In this document: piece after piece, positions 55,329 to 62,814 of the stretch | Layout of the letters: each line of letters begins with the position of its first letter | Position numbering within the stretch: the stretch's first letter is position 1 | Virus record (IMG/VR): IMGVR_UViG_3300046663_000412 | Coordinates: 1-64,000 of that record | Length of the DNA: 64,000 bases | From: a virus | Lineage: Duplodnaviria; Caudoviricetes | Reading direction: 5' to 3' (one strand) | The notes under the pieces: model-generated | What the model was told of the DNA's origin: nothing | Seen by the model: the letters and a program-made list of their open reading frames with translations, nothing else | Database searches by the model: none | Position numbers and translations under genes: made by a program

Positions 55329-55450
55329 CTCGGGCCGCATGTCAGCGGATTTGACACCCGGGAAAAGCGTCGGGACCGCGCTCCAGTAATGGATACCCGA
55401 TGAAGAAAACGCGGTTAAGCCCGGTTGGGTGCTTTAATATCCCTCCGGGC
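55329..55450 (+). ncRNA. Intergenic structured element with two predicted pseudoknots
   Basis: Multiple compatible stems found by eye; strand not certain. Confidence 0.4.
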
Positions 55451-55472
55451 GGAATTTAGAAAGGCAAAAATT

Positions 55473-55832
55473 ATGAATGCATGTAGTTGGTTGGTTCATC
55501 TGGTAAACTCGCCCAGTGGCGTGCCACCAGAGTATTGGGTGTTGAAAGACGACCAGGGAAACGCTCAGCCATGGCAGGATTACACCCAGCCCATCGGCGT
55601 GGGCAACAACTGGACTCTGACCGCAGTGTATTCGGTGGCTGTCTGCGGCGAGACCTGGGATTTTTTCAACAGCACCACAAAAGACCAGTATGGGAATCAG
55701 CGCGAGAAGGACTACAGCATCGGGCCGGGCTCCTATGGCCGCACGCTGAAGTTCCACATGGACTGCGACCTGAGTCTGTTCACAATCGAACCGATTAGCG
55801 AAATTCCCTGTCCTCCGCCCAGCCCGCAATGA
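55473..55832 (+). CDS. Hypothetical protein
   Basis: ATG after an A-rich leader; ATGA coupling to fcl. Confidence 0.6.
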   Translation: MNACSWLVHLVNSPSGVPPEYWVLKDDQGNAQPWQDYTQPIGVGNNWTLTAVYSVAVCGETWDFFNSTTKDQYGNQREKDYSIGPGSYGRTLKFHMDCDLSLFTIEPISEIPCPPPSPQ

Positions 55833-56725
55833 AAAAAATCCTTGTCACCGGTGGGCATGGTTTTCTTGGCCGCGCGGTAGTTCGTGAGCTTCGCGTTCGA
55901 GGGTATCGTGATGTTCTTAGCCCGGGGCACGACGAGCTTGATTTGCTCAGCGTGCCCCAGGTGTCCGGCTATTTTTTGGCTGAACAGCCGGACACGGTGA
56001 TTCACTGCGCGGGGCGAGTCGGCGGAATCTCGGCCAACGTTGCGAAGCCCGCCGACTTCATGCACGACAATCTGCTGATGGGGCTGAACGTTCTCAAGGC
56101 ATGCGCGAGGTATGAGGTTGAAAAACTTTGCATCATTGGCACCTCGTGCAGCTATCCTGCGGGAGCGAGTTGCCCGATTAACGAGAGCGAGATGTTCACC
56201 GGCCTGCCTGCGAAGGCGACCGGACATTACGGAGTCGCGAAATCGACTTTGTTCATGGCTGCCGATGCTTACCGGAAGCAATACAAGCTCAAGTCAATTT
56301 TGCTGGTGCCAACGAATCTTTACGGCCCCTGGGACAAGTCGAGTCATGTGGTGCCCGACTTGGTGAGAAAGTTTTGTAGGCAGCCAAAGGCAGTTGAAAT
56401 CTGGGGCACCGGCAGAGCGACACGAGACTTTCTGTATATCACCGATGCCGCCCAGGGAATTGTAACCGCGTGTGAGAACCCCGGCCTGCCGACTGTGCCG
56501 ATTAATCTCGGCAGCGGTGTCGAGACTCCTATCTCTGAACTTGCGGACCGCATTCGCAGGCTGTCCGGCTCGGAGGCAGAAATCGTCTGGGCTCACAGTG
56601 AGCCGGAGGGTCAGTTGAGAAGGGTGCTCGACATCGAGCGCGCGAAGAACTGGCTCGGTTGGAATCCGCCCACACTTTTGGAAGATGGTTTACGAGCAAC
56701 AATTCACGCGTTTAAACATTCATGA
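55829..56725 (+). CDS. fcl: GDP-L-fucose synthase (GDP-4-keto-6-deoxymannose epimerase/reductase)
   Basis: VTGGHGFLG, HCAGRVGGISAN...PADF, GTSCSYP, YGVAK, PTNLYGP, WGTGRATRDFLY, NLGSG. Confidence 0.92.
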   Translation: MKKILVTGGHGFLGRAVVRELRVRGYRDVLSPGHDELDLLSVPQVSGYFLAEQPDTVIHCAGRVGGISANVAKPADFMHDNLLMGLNVLKACARYEVEKLCIIGTSCSYPAGASCPINESEMFTGLPAKATGHYGVAKSTLFMAADAYRKQYKLKSILLVPTNLYGPWDKSSHVVPDLVRKFCRQPKAVEIWGTGRATRDFLYITDAAQGIVTACENPGLPTVPINLGSGVETPISELADRIRRLSGSEAEIVWAHSEPEGQLRRVLDIERAKNWLGWNPPTLLEDGLRATIHAFKHS

Positions 56726-57021
56726 GTGACCCGCTAAGTTATTTTTCCGTCGTTCGGTCTCCGACTATTCCGCATGTGCTGGAGTTTGCGCGCGCTATGG
56801 AATACAAACTCGCGAAGAACCGGCACAAGGGCGACCGCGAAGGCTGGCTAACCAAAGACCCCTGGGAGCTTTTGGTTTTGTTGCGCAAGGAAGTCAAAGA
56901 ACTGGAGCTTGCTTTGGAACACACCCAATCCACGGGAGCCGTCCTGTTTGAAGCCGCTGACGTCGCTAACTTTGCGATGATGGTTGCCGATTCATACCAG
57001 AACCGGAGAAAACTGAGTTGA
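56722..57021 (+). CDS. MazG-like nucleotide pyrophosphohydrolase fold protein
   Basis: EVKELE...EAADVANF. Confidence 0.6.
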   Translation: MSDPLSYFSVVRSPTIPHVLEFARAMEYKLAKNRHKGDREGWLTKDPWELLVLLRKEVKELELALEHTQSTGAVLFEAADVANFAMMVADSYQNRRKLS

Positions 57022-57044
57022 CAGAATTTTTTGGGGCTGAGACT
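57018..57044 (+). promoter_or_regulatory. Class II promoter TTGACA-N15-GAGACT
   Basis: 8 nt before ATG 57053. Confidence 0.6.
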
Positions 57045-57052
57045 GTTTATTT

Positions 57053-57283
57053 ATGGCTGTTACACTCACGACCGCTCAATACAACGTGCTCCAGCACGCA
57101 ATCAATCAATACGTTCTCGCCACTGCGCCGGAGAACCAGATTCACGACGAATTCATCGAGGAGATTGTCGGCGTGATTGTGGCCACCGGCTTCATCGCGA
57201 ACACTGGCTTGGCCCAGCAGAAGCTCCAAGACCGGCCCCTGACTACTCTGTTAGGATTCGCCGCGTTCCTGGGGCATCCGTAA
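57053..57283 (+). CDS. 76-aa protein, paralogue of the next gene's N-terminus
   Basis: Aligns without gaps to residues 1-76 of 57297-58184. Confidence 0.75.
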   Translation: MAVTLTTAQYNVLQHAINQYVLATAPENQIHDEFIEEIVGVIVATGFIANTGLAQQKLQDRPLTTLLGFAAFLGHP

Positions 57284-57296
57284 ACCAAGGCCCATT

Positions 57297-58184
57297 ATGG
57301 CGATAGTGCTCACCGCAGCACAATACGCCGTGTTGCAGCATGCGATTCAATCGTATGTGCTGGGGACGGCTCCGGAGAACCAGTTCCACGAATCGGCGAT
57401 TCACGAAATCTCCCGGGTGACTGTTGCGACCGGCTTTCATTCAGACACTCACACCGCGCAGCAAGCTTTCCGAGACCGACCGTTTACTACACTCGTGGGG
57501 TTCGCCGCTTTCATAGGTTTCCCAGGGGGAGGAATATTGCCGGGTCCGCCCAACCGGGTATACTCAACTAATTTTTCTACTCCTGAGAATCCCTTATCGG
57601 AGGGAGGTAATTGGGAAAACGGCGCGGATACGGGACTGGACTGGAGTAATTGTGAGGCGACCGTTAGTGGCGGGGTCCATTATGCGGCAGGGCTGCAAGA
57701 CGGTCCTGGTCAGCCCAATTATTCAGACGCTGTGGGATTACTTCTTGGGATATGGACCCCGAATCAGTCAGTCACCGCAGTGTTTCATTCCTCGGGGGCA
57801 CCTATCAGTGGATTCAAAGAATCCGAGATTCGATTGCGGTCTTCTCTCTCGGCGCACTCAAGCACCGGGTATGAAATCGTTTTCTCGGTCAGTTCTTCGA
57901 CTCCGTATATTGCGGTCATCCGGTGGAATGGTGCGCTCGGAGATTTCACCGACATCACGCCAGCGCCCACGGACTTAACCCACTTTTTGCAGAATGGCGA
58001 CACGGCGTTCGCAAGCATCATCGGGAACAACATCATCGTGAAACTGAATGGTGCGACCATCTATAATTTTACTGATAACTCATTTGCGACGGGGCGTCCT
58101 GGTATGGGTTTCTCGGTCCCTAACAACGCGACCGTGGACACTTCATACGGCTGGTCTAGCTTAACAGCCACAGACGGACTATAA
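57297..58184 (+). CDS. Virion decoration-like protein: 76-aa domain plus lectin-like beta-sandwich
   Basis: C-terminal LQNGDTAFASIIGNNIIVKLNG...FATGRPGMG. Confidence 0.65.
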   Translation: MAIVLTAAQYAVLQHAIQSYVLGTAPENQFHESAIHEISRVTVATGFHSDTHTAQQAFRDRPFTTLVGFAAFIGFPGGGILPGPPNRVYSTNFSTPENPLSEGGNWENGADTGLDWSNCEATVSGGVHYAAGLQDGPGQPNYSDAVGLLLGIWTPNQSVTAVFHSSGAPISGFKESEIRLRSSLSAHSSTGYEIVFSVSSSTPYIAVIRWNGALGDFTDITPAPTDLTHFLQNGDTAFASIIGNNIIVKLNGATIYNFTDNSFATGRPGMGFSVPNNATVDTSYGWSSLTATDGL

Positions 58185-58210
58185 GTTGTTCTGAAATCGC
58201 ATTTCGGGAC

Positions 58211-58244
58211 TTGCTTTTTCGTTTTCCGGGTGTAAACTGATTCC
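58211..58244 (+). promoter_or_regulatory. Class I promoter TTGCTT-N16-TAAACT-N6-ATG
   Basis: Leaderless start at 58245. Confidence 0.7.
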
Positions 58245-58472
58245 ATGAATATAGGCAGAACCGTGGTCTCCGGTGTTTATGGTGCCGGTGAAGTAATTAG
58301 CGAAACTGACAACACCCTCACATTGAGGTTGCTTAGGGGTAAAACCGTAGTAACGGTGAATAAAGCAGGCTACCTGCATTATATCCCCCGCGCGGAAAGC
58401 GATGATTTTGTTCTGCTTCCGCATCGAGGAATGCCGACTCCTCACATTTCCAGCCACCAACGCGCAATATGA
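58245..58472 (+). CDS. Hypothetical protein
   Basis: Coupled to the recombinase by ATGA. Confidence 0.6.
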   Translation: MNIGRTVVSGVYGAGEVISETDNTLTLRLLRGKTVVTVNKAGYLHYIPRAESDDFVLLPHRGMPTPHISSHQRAI

Positions 58473-59227
58473 AGGTCTATCCCTACCTCCGAGTCTCCGG
58501 GGCCACCCAGGTCGAAGGCGACGGGTTCGAGCGACAGCTACAGGCTATCGATACATTCATCGCTTCGGACCCGTCGCTCGTAGCGGTCAAGGTCGTGCGC
58601 GAGGAAGGGGTGTCTGGCACCGTGGAGGCACTCGACCGGCCCGCTTTTTCGGAGCTAATCAAGGATATCGAATCGCTTAGATGCGGCCCGCTTAACCCGG
58701 AAGCAATCGACCCGGCCACACTGGAGCCCGTCGCGATTGTGGTTGAGCGACTCGACCGGCTTGCCCGCACGCTGATGGTTCAAGAGCTTTTGCTTCGCGA
58801 GTGCCGCGACCGGAACATCAAGGTCTATGCCGCAGACCAGGGGCTCGTTGACCAAGCCTCCGACGGGGGTGACCCGACGCGGAAATTGATTCGACAAGTT
58901 TTGGGAGCGGTAGCAGAATGGGAAAAATCCGCATTAGTCAAAAAGCTGTATGCAGCTAAACAACGAACTGGCCGCTGGGGCGGCGCAAAACCTTATGGGA
59001 CATTAAACGACACCGAGAAACGAATCAAGGCCGCGATAATCGGGTGGCAGCCGTTGTATGGCTACAACCGCATCGCGGAAATGCTCAACATGGTTGGGGA
59101 TACGAACCGTCACGGGCGTCCCTGGACCAGAGACTCTGTCCGTGACGTAATCAAAGGACGAAATCGAAATGAGAGGAAGCTACACACAGCACCTGATTCG
59201 CACCAGCAGCCGGACACCGGCAGTTGA
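58469..59227 (+). CDS. Serine recombinase (resolvase/invertase family)
   Basis: YLRVSGATQ, EEGVSG..DRPAF, VERLDRLAR, EWEK, GGAKPYG. Confidence 0.9.
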   Translation: MKVYPYLRVSGATQVEGDGFERQLQAIDTFIASDPSLVAVKVVREEGVSGTVEALDRPAFSELIKDIESLRCGPLNPEAIDPATLEPVAIVVERLDRLARTLMVQELLLRECRDRNIKVYAADQGLVDQASDGGDPTRKLIRQVLGAVAEWEKSALVKKLYAAKQRTGRWGGAKPYGTLNDTEKRIKAAIIGWQPLYGYNRIAEMLNMVGDTNRHGRPWTRDSVRDVIKGRNRNERKLHTAPDSHQQPDTGS

Positions 59228-59405
59228 GAAAGCCCGGGACCTTCACCGGGAGGAATGCGAACGCCGTCTGGCCAAGATTCAGAATGGTGCAGACCCGGAG
59301 CACAAGAACGGACCGTGGCCGGGGCAGAAACCCGGCGAAGTCAAAGAATAACTGGAAGGACACAAACCTTCCCAGGTGGTGGACCGGAAACCTAGAAATC
59401 CACTC

Positions 59406-59447
59406 AAGCCCGCCGACTCCACCCGTAGGCGGGCGCTTTTTTTTTTT
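59406..59447 (+). terminator. Intrinsic terminator
   Basis: GCCCGCC/GGCGGGC stem followed by T11. Confidence 0.8.
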
Positions 59448-59495
59448 CATTTTAGGCCCACACTTCTGGTCTGAACCTGCGACTGTTATTATGAC

Positions 59496-59645
59496 ATGAT
59501 AATTGGTTCAATCGTTGGAGTCGGTGCCGCAGTGGCCCTGGCTGTTGTCGTTACTGCCGTTGCCCTCACTCTGTTCTATCGCAGAAATGCGAACAAGCAG
59601 GGCGTGGTTAACAAGGAAATCGACAGCATCGCCAAGAAGCTCTGA
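59496..59645 (+). CDS. Small single-TM protein (49 aa)
   Basis: MIIGSIVGVGAAVALAVVVTAVALTLFYRR...; GCGACT at 59480-59485 upstream. Confidence 0.5.
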   Translation: MIIGSIVGVGAAVALAVVVTAVALTLFYRRNANKQGVVNKEIDSIAKKL

Positions 59646-59715
59646 GGCATCCGGCTGTTTTGTTAGCACACGCGGGGCCTCAGGCATTTCTGGGGCTCCG
59701 CCTTTTTCGTTTACC

Positions 59716-60018
59716 GTGAAAGCATTTATTCGATACAGACACTCCTCGGAAGCCGGAATAATTAATCTCGCGATTCGCTCTTGGCGCGCGTGCGGCTTCG
59801 ACGTCAAACTTTTGCTTCCTGGCATGCCGGACCCTGACTCCGGGCTCCTGGTGAATCCTTGCCAAATTAATTTTGGCTTTCGGAATAAACCAAAGAAGCT
59901 GTTTAAACGCAGCACCAGGAAATTCGGCGCGCGCGGCTGGCGGAAGTCGCCAGTCGTAGAATTCCCCGCTGGCACCCCCGACACGGTTGTGCTCGCGTGC
60001 GGACGAATCCTTCCCTGA
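59716..60018 (+). CDS. Hypothetical basic protein
   Basis: GTG start assumed; the stop overlaps the terL ATG. Confidence 0.4.
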   Translation: MKAFIRYRHSSEAGIINLAIRSWRACGFDVKLLLPGMPDPDSGLLVNPCQINFGFRNKPKKLFKRSTRKFGARGWRKSPVVEFPAGTPDTVVLACGRILP

Positions 60019-61973
60019 TGCCGGACAAGATTACATCGTTACTTGCCCAGGTCGTCGCGCAGGAGATGCATCGTCACGAGGTGCAGGCAGCCGCGCGCCG
60101 GGTAGCAGACTTTTACAAAATCGCAAAGTTCCGCTGCCGGGATTCCGATGACCCGGAGATTGCGTATCCGGTGCTCCAGAATTTTTTGCACTCGCTGATG
60201 GAAAACCAGGGCATGCGAGAGGCTGCGCAGATTTTGTGGAGCCCGAATCAGTTCACCGCTGAGCCTGAAAGCGTGCGACAGGTGTGGGACTTGTTCGATA
60301 CCTCGAACATGGGGCTGATTATGGGAGCCGCTAAGATGGGCAAATCGTTTTCGATGGGGGTGCGGCTGTTCCTCGAATGGGTGCGTGACCCGCTGTGGAC
60401 TTCGATTCGCGTTGTCGGTCCGAGTGAGAACCATCTGGAAGAAAATCTATTTTCGCATCTAGTGGCGTTGCACAAGCACGCTACACTGCCCATGCCCGGG
60501 GAAGTAGGCGATTTGTATATCGGGCTCGACCGGCGCAACCAGCTATCGAGTATTCGCGGTGTAGTTATCCCCAAGGGCAATGTGAAGAAAGCCGGAAGGC
60601 TGCAAGGTGGTCACCGTAAGCCGCGACCGATGCCACACCCGGTATTCGGTCCGCTCAGCCGCATGTTTTTGTTCTTGGACGAAATCGAGAACATCCCCCA
60701 GGGTATTTGGATGGACATTGACAACGCACTGTCCGAAATGGAGAAGGACAGCGGGGGATTCAAAGTTTTCGCGGCTTACAATCCCAGCGACCTTTCTAAT
60801 AAGGTTGCTGAGCACGCGGAGCCAGTCTTTGGCTGGAACGAAGTTGACGCGGACACACATTTTCGGTGGGTGTCGAAGCGCGGCTGGACAGTAATCCGAA
60901 TCGATGGAGAAAGATGTGAAAACGTTATACAAAACAAAATCGTCTATCCCGGGCTTCAAACACGGGAGGGGCTTGAGACAATCGCCCTCAACGCGGGTGG
61001 CAGAAATGGCAGCGGATACCTCACCATGGGCAGAGGAATGTATCCGTCACAGTCACTCGAAGCAACTGTCGTTCCTTCCGGGATGTTTTCGAAATGGCGG
61101 GCGGAGGTTATCTGGTATCGAGAGCCAGAGCCGGTAGGCGCGACAGACCTTGCGCTCGAAGGTGGCGATGATGCAGTCTATGCGCTCGGAAAATTCGGGC
61201 TCGCATCCGGCGTGAAGTATCCGCCCAGCCTGAAGCACCCGAACGGTGAGACGGTGCTGTTCCACGACAAGAATAAGCGAATCGTTCCTCGATGGTGCCT
61301 GGAAGCGTCGCAGCTTTTTACTCTGCCTAAGGCGGAGACGCGCGGAATGACCGACAACATCATCGCGACCAATCGTAAGGCCGGGGTGAAAGGCCAGTAT
61401 TATGCGTGCGACCGCACCGGCCACGGCTCCGGAGTGGCGGACCTGCTAAGAGACGAATGGTCCACACAAATCCATGACGTGAACTACTCCGAGAGCGCCG
61501 GGGACGACAAAGAGAAGCTCATGTCGGAAGACTCCAAGTCGTGCAATGAAGAATACGAGCGGATGTATTCGATTTTGTGGTTCGCGATGAAAAAGTGGGG
61601 AGAGTTTCAGTATTTTTTCATCCATCCCTCGATGGATATTAGCAAGGTGATGATTCAAGTTACCAGCCGTCGTTTTAAGACGACCGCAGGTAAATCCAAA
61701 GTAGAAAGCAAACGCGATTATGAGAGCAGAGGATTCCAATCTCCCAACGAAGCAGACGCTATCACCCTACTCATACACGCAGCACGGAAAGGCTCTGGTC
61801 TTACGTTATCGATGCGGGGCACTGCCGTGGATGTCCCACGCGGACTGGACGACACCGACGACTGGCCCGTCCCAGGAACTGAGAACGGGTTCCGAATCGA
61901 CGCGTCAAACGCGTCCGATTACCTTGACCAATCTATGCGCGCGCCAATCGATGTAGAGAACCCGATTTTATGA
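60018..61973 (+). CDS. terL: Terminase large subunit
   Basis: Walker A GAAKMGKS, Walker B FLDEIE, nuclease TDLALEGGDD, SPNEADA. Confidence 0.85.
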   Translation: MPDKITSLLAQVVAQEMHRHEVQAAARRVADFYKIAKFRCRDSDDPEIAYPVLQNFLHSLMENQGMREAAQILWSPNQFTAEPESVRQVWDLFDTSNMGLIMGAAKMGKSFSMGVRLFLEWVRDPLWTSIRVVGPSENHLEENLFSHLVALHKHATLPMPGEVGDLYIGLDRRNQLSSIRGVVIPKGNVKKAGRLQGGHRKPRPMPHPVFGPLSRMFLFLDEIENIPQGIWMDIDNALSEMEKDSGGFKVFAAYNPSDLSNKVAEHAEPVFGWNEVDADTHFRWVSKRGWTVIRIDGERCENVIQNKIVYPGLQTREGLETIALNAGGRNGSGYLTMGRGMYPSQSLEATVVPSGMFSKWRAEVIWYREPEPVGATDLALEGGDDAVYALGKFGLASGVKYPPSLKHPNGETVLFHDKNKRIVPRWCLEASQLFTLPKAETRGMTDNIIATNRKAGVKGQYYACDRTGHGSGVADLLRDEWSTQIHDVNYSESAGDDKEKLMSEDSKSCNEEYERMYSILWFAMKKWGEFQYFFIHPSMDISKVMIQVTSRRFKTTAGKSKVESKRDYESRGFQSPNEADAITLLIHAARKGSGLTLSMRGTAVDVPRGLDDTDDWPVPGTENGFRIDASNASDYLDQSMRAPIDVENPIL

Positions 61974-62533
61974 AGACGTTGAATCCAAACATTCACCCGC
62001 ACGCGGGACACTTTTTCAAAGACTCAGATGGCGCTACTCTCCGCGCCAGCACTTGGGCCGGGGTTATCAAACGTGTGACGCTGTATCGCCAGCGCGCGGG
62101 GTATCCTCCCGGTAATCCGGAGCAGGAGGTAATCGCCCAGGCGTGTTCGCGCGACCCGGTGCTGTGCCGGGAGGACAACGGGGAACATGCGGCCCAGGTA
62201 AAACGGCAGCCGCTGAAGGCGCGCGTTCTCACTTGGTTAACACGGACCAAGGCAGACAAAGAAAAAGAATTCGTGGAAGAGACAGTTGCTCGTCAACGCG
62301 CGGCTATCTGCGCGACGTGTCCGAATAACAAGGACCTTCCTGGAGGATGCGCGTCTTGTAGGGCTGCTACGAAAATTCTCCGGGAGCAGATTATCGAGCG
62401 CCGTTTTCAGGATGGAAGACTTCGGGCCTGTGATGCGCTCGGCGAAGACTTGCCCACCTCGGTGAACCTGGAGCTTCAGTCAGTCGAAGATGCGTCACTC
62501 CCGGCAAACTGCTGGAGGAAGCGCACGATATGA
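61970..62533 (+). CDS. Cys-rich (CxxC) protein
   Basis: RAAICATCP...CASC...C...CW. Confidence 0.65.
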   Translation: MKTLNPNIHPHAGHFFKDSDGATLRASTWAGVIKRVTLYRQRAGYPPGNPEQEVIAQACSRDPVLCREDNGEHAAQVKRQPLKARVLTWLTRTKADKEKEFVEETVARQRAAICATCPNNKDLPGGCASCRAATKILREQIIERRFQDGRLRACDALGEDLPTSVNLELQSVEDASLPANCWRKRTI

Positions 62534-62778
62534 TTTTGGTCTTCCTAAAGTTCTTCGCGGCATATTTTCGGGCTAAGCTCGCCAGCTTCCAGGGCTATGA
62601 GGTGATTGCCCCTCCACTGGCGCAGGACCGGCGTTTGGAGATTTGCAATATGTGCGACTTTTTCCAGGACGGGGAGTGCCTGAGGTGCGGGTGCTCCGTC
62701 GTCGCGAAGACGATGATGGCGACCGAGAAATGCCCGATAGGCCGATGGAAACGGCTTTGGATAAGGAAGAAGAATTGA
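62530..62778 (+). CDS. Small Cys-rich protein (DUF6171-like)
   Basis: RLEICNMC...CLRCGC...KT...CPIGRW. Confidence 0.7.
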   Translation: MILVFLKFFAAYFRAKLASFQGYEVIAPPLAQDRRLEICNMCDFFQDGECLRCGCSVVAKTMMATEKCPIGRWKRLWIRKKN

Positions 62779-62801
62779 CAACCACCCGCTACACAGCGAC
62801 T
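62775..62801 (+). promoter_or_regulatory. Class II promoter TTGACA-N15-GCGACT
   Basis: Upstream of the portal ATG 62815. Confidence 0.7.
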
Positions 62802-62814
62802 TCTCTACTGAGCA

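Noticed and set aside
55396-55410. Hammerhead ribozyme (CCGATGA...GAAA)
   Set aside because: The core deviates from CUGANGA and there is no stem II before GAAA.
57053-57530. Diversity-generating retroelement TR/VR pair
   Set aside because: Differences are spread over all bases and are largely synonymous; no reverse transcriptase is in the window.
58469-59227. IS607 / TnpB element
   Set aside because: There is no N-terminal MerR-type HTH and no downstream TnpB.
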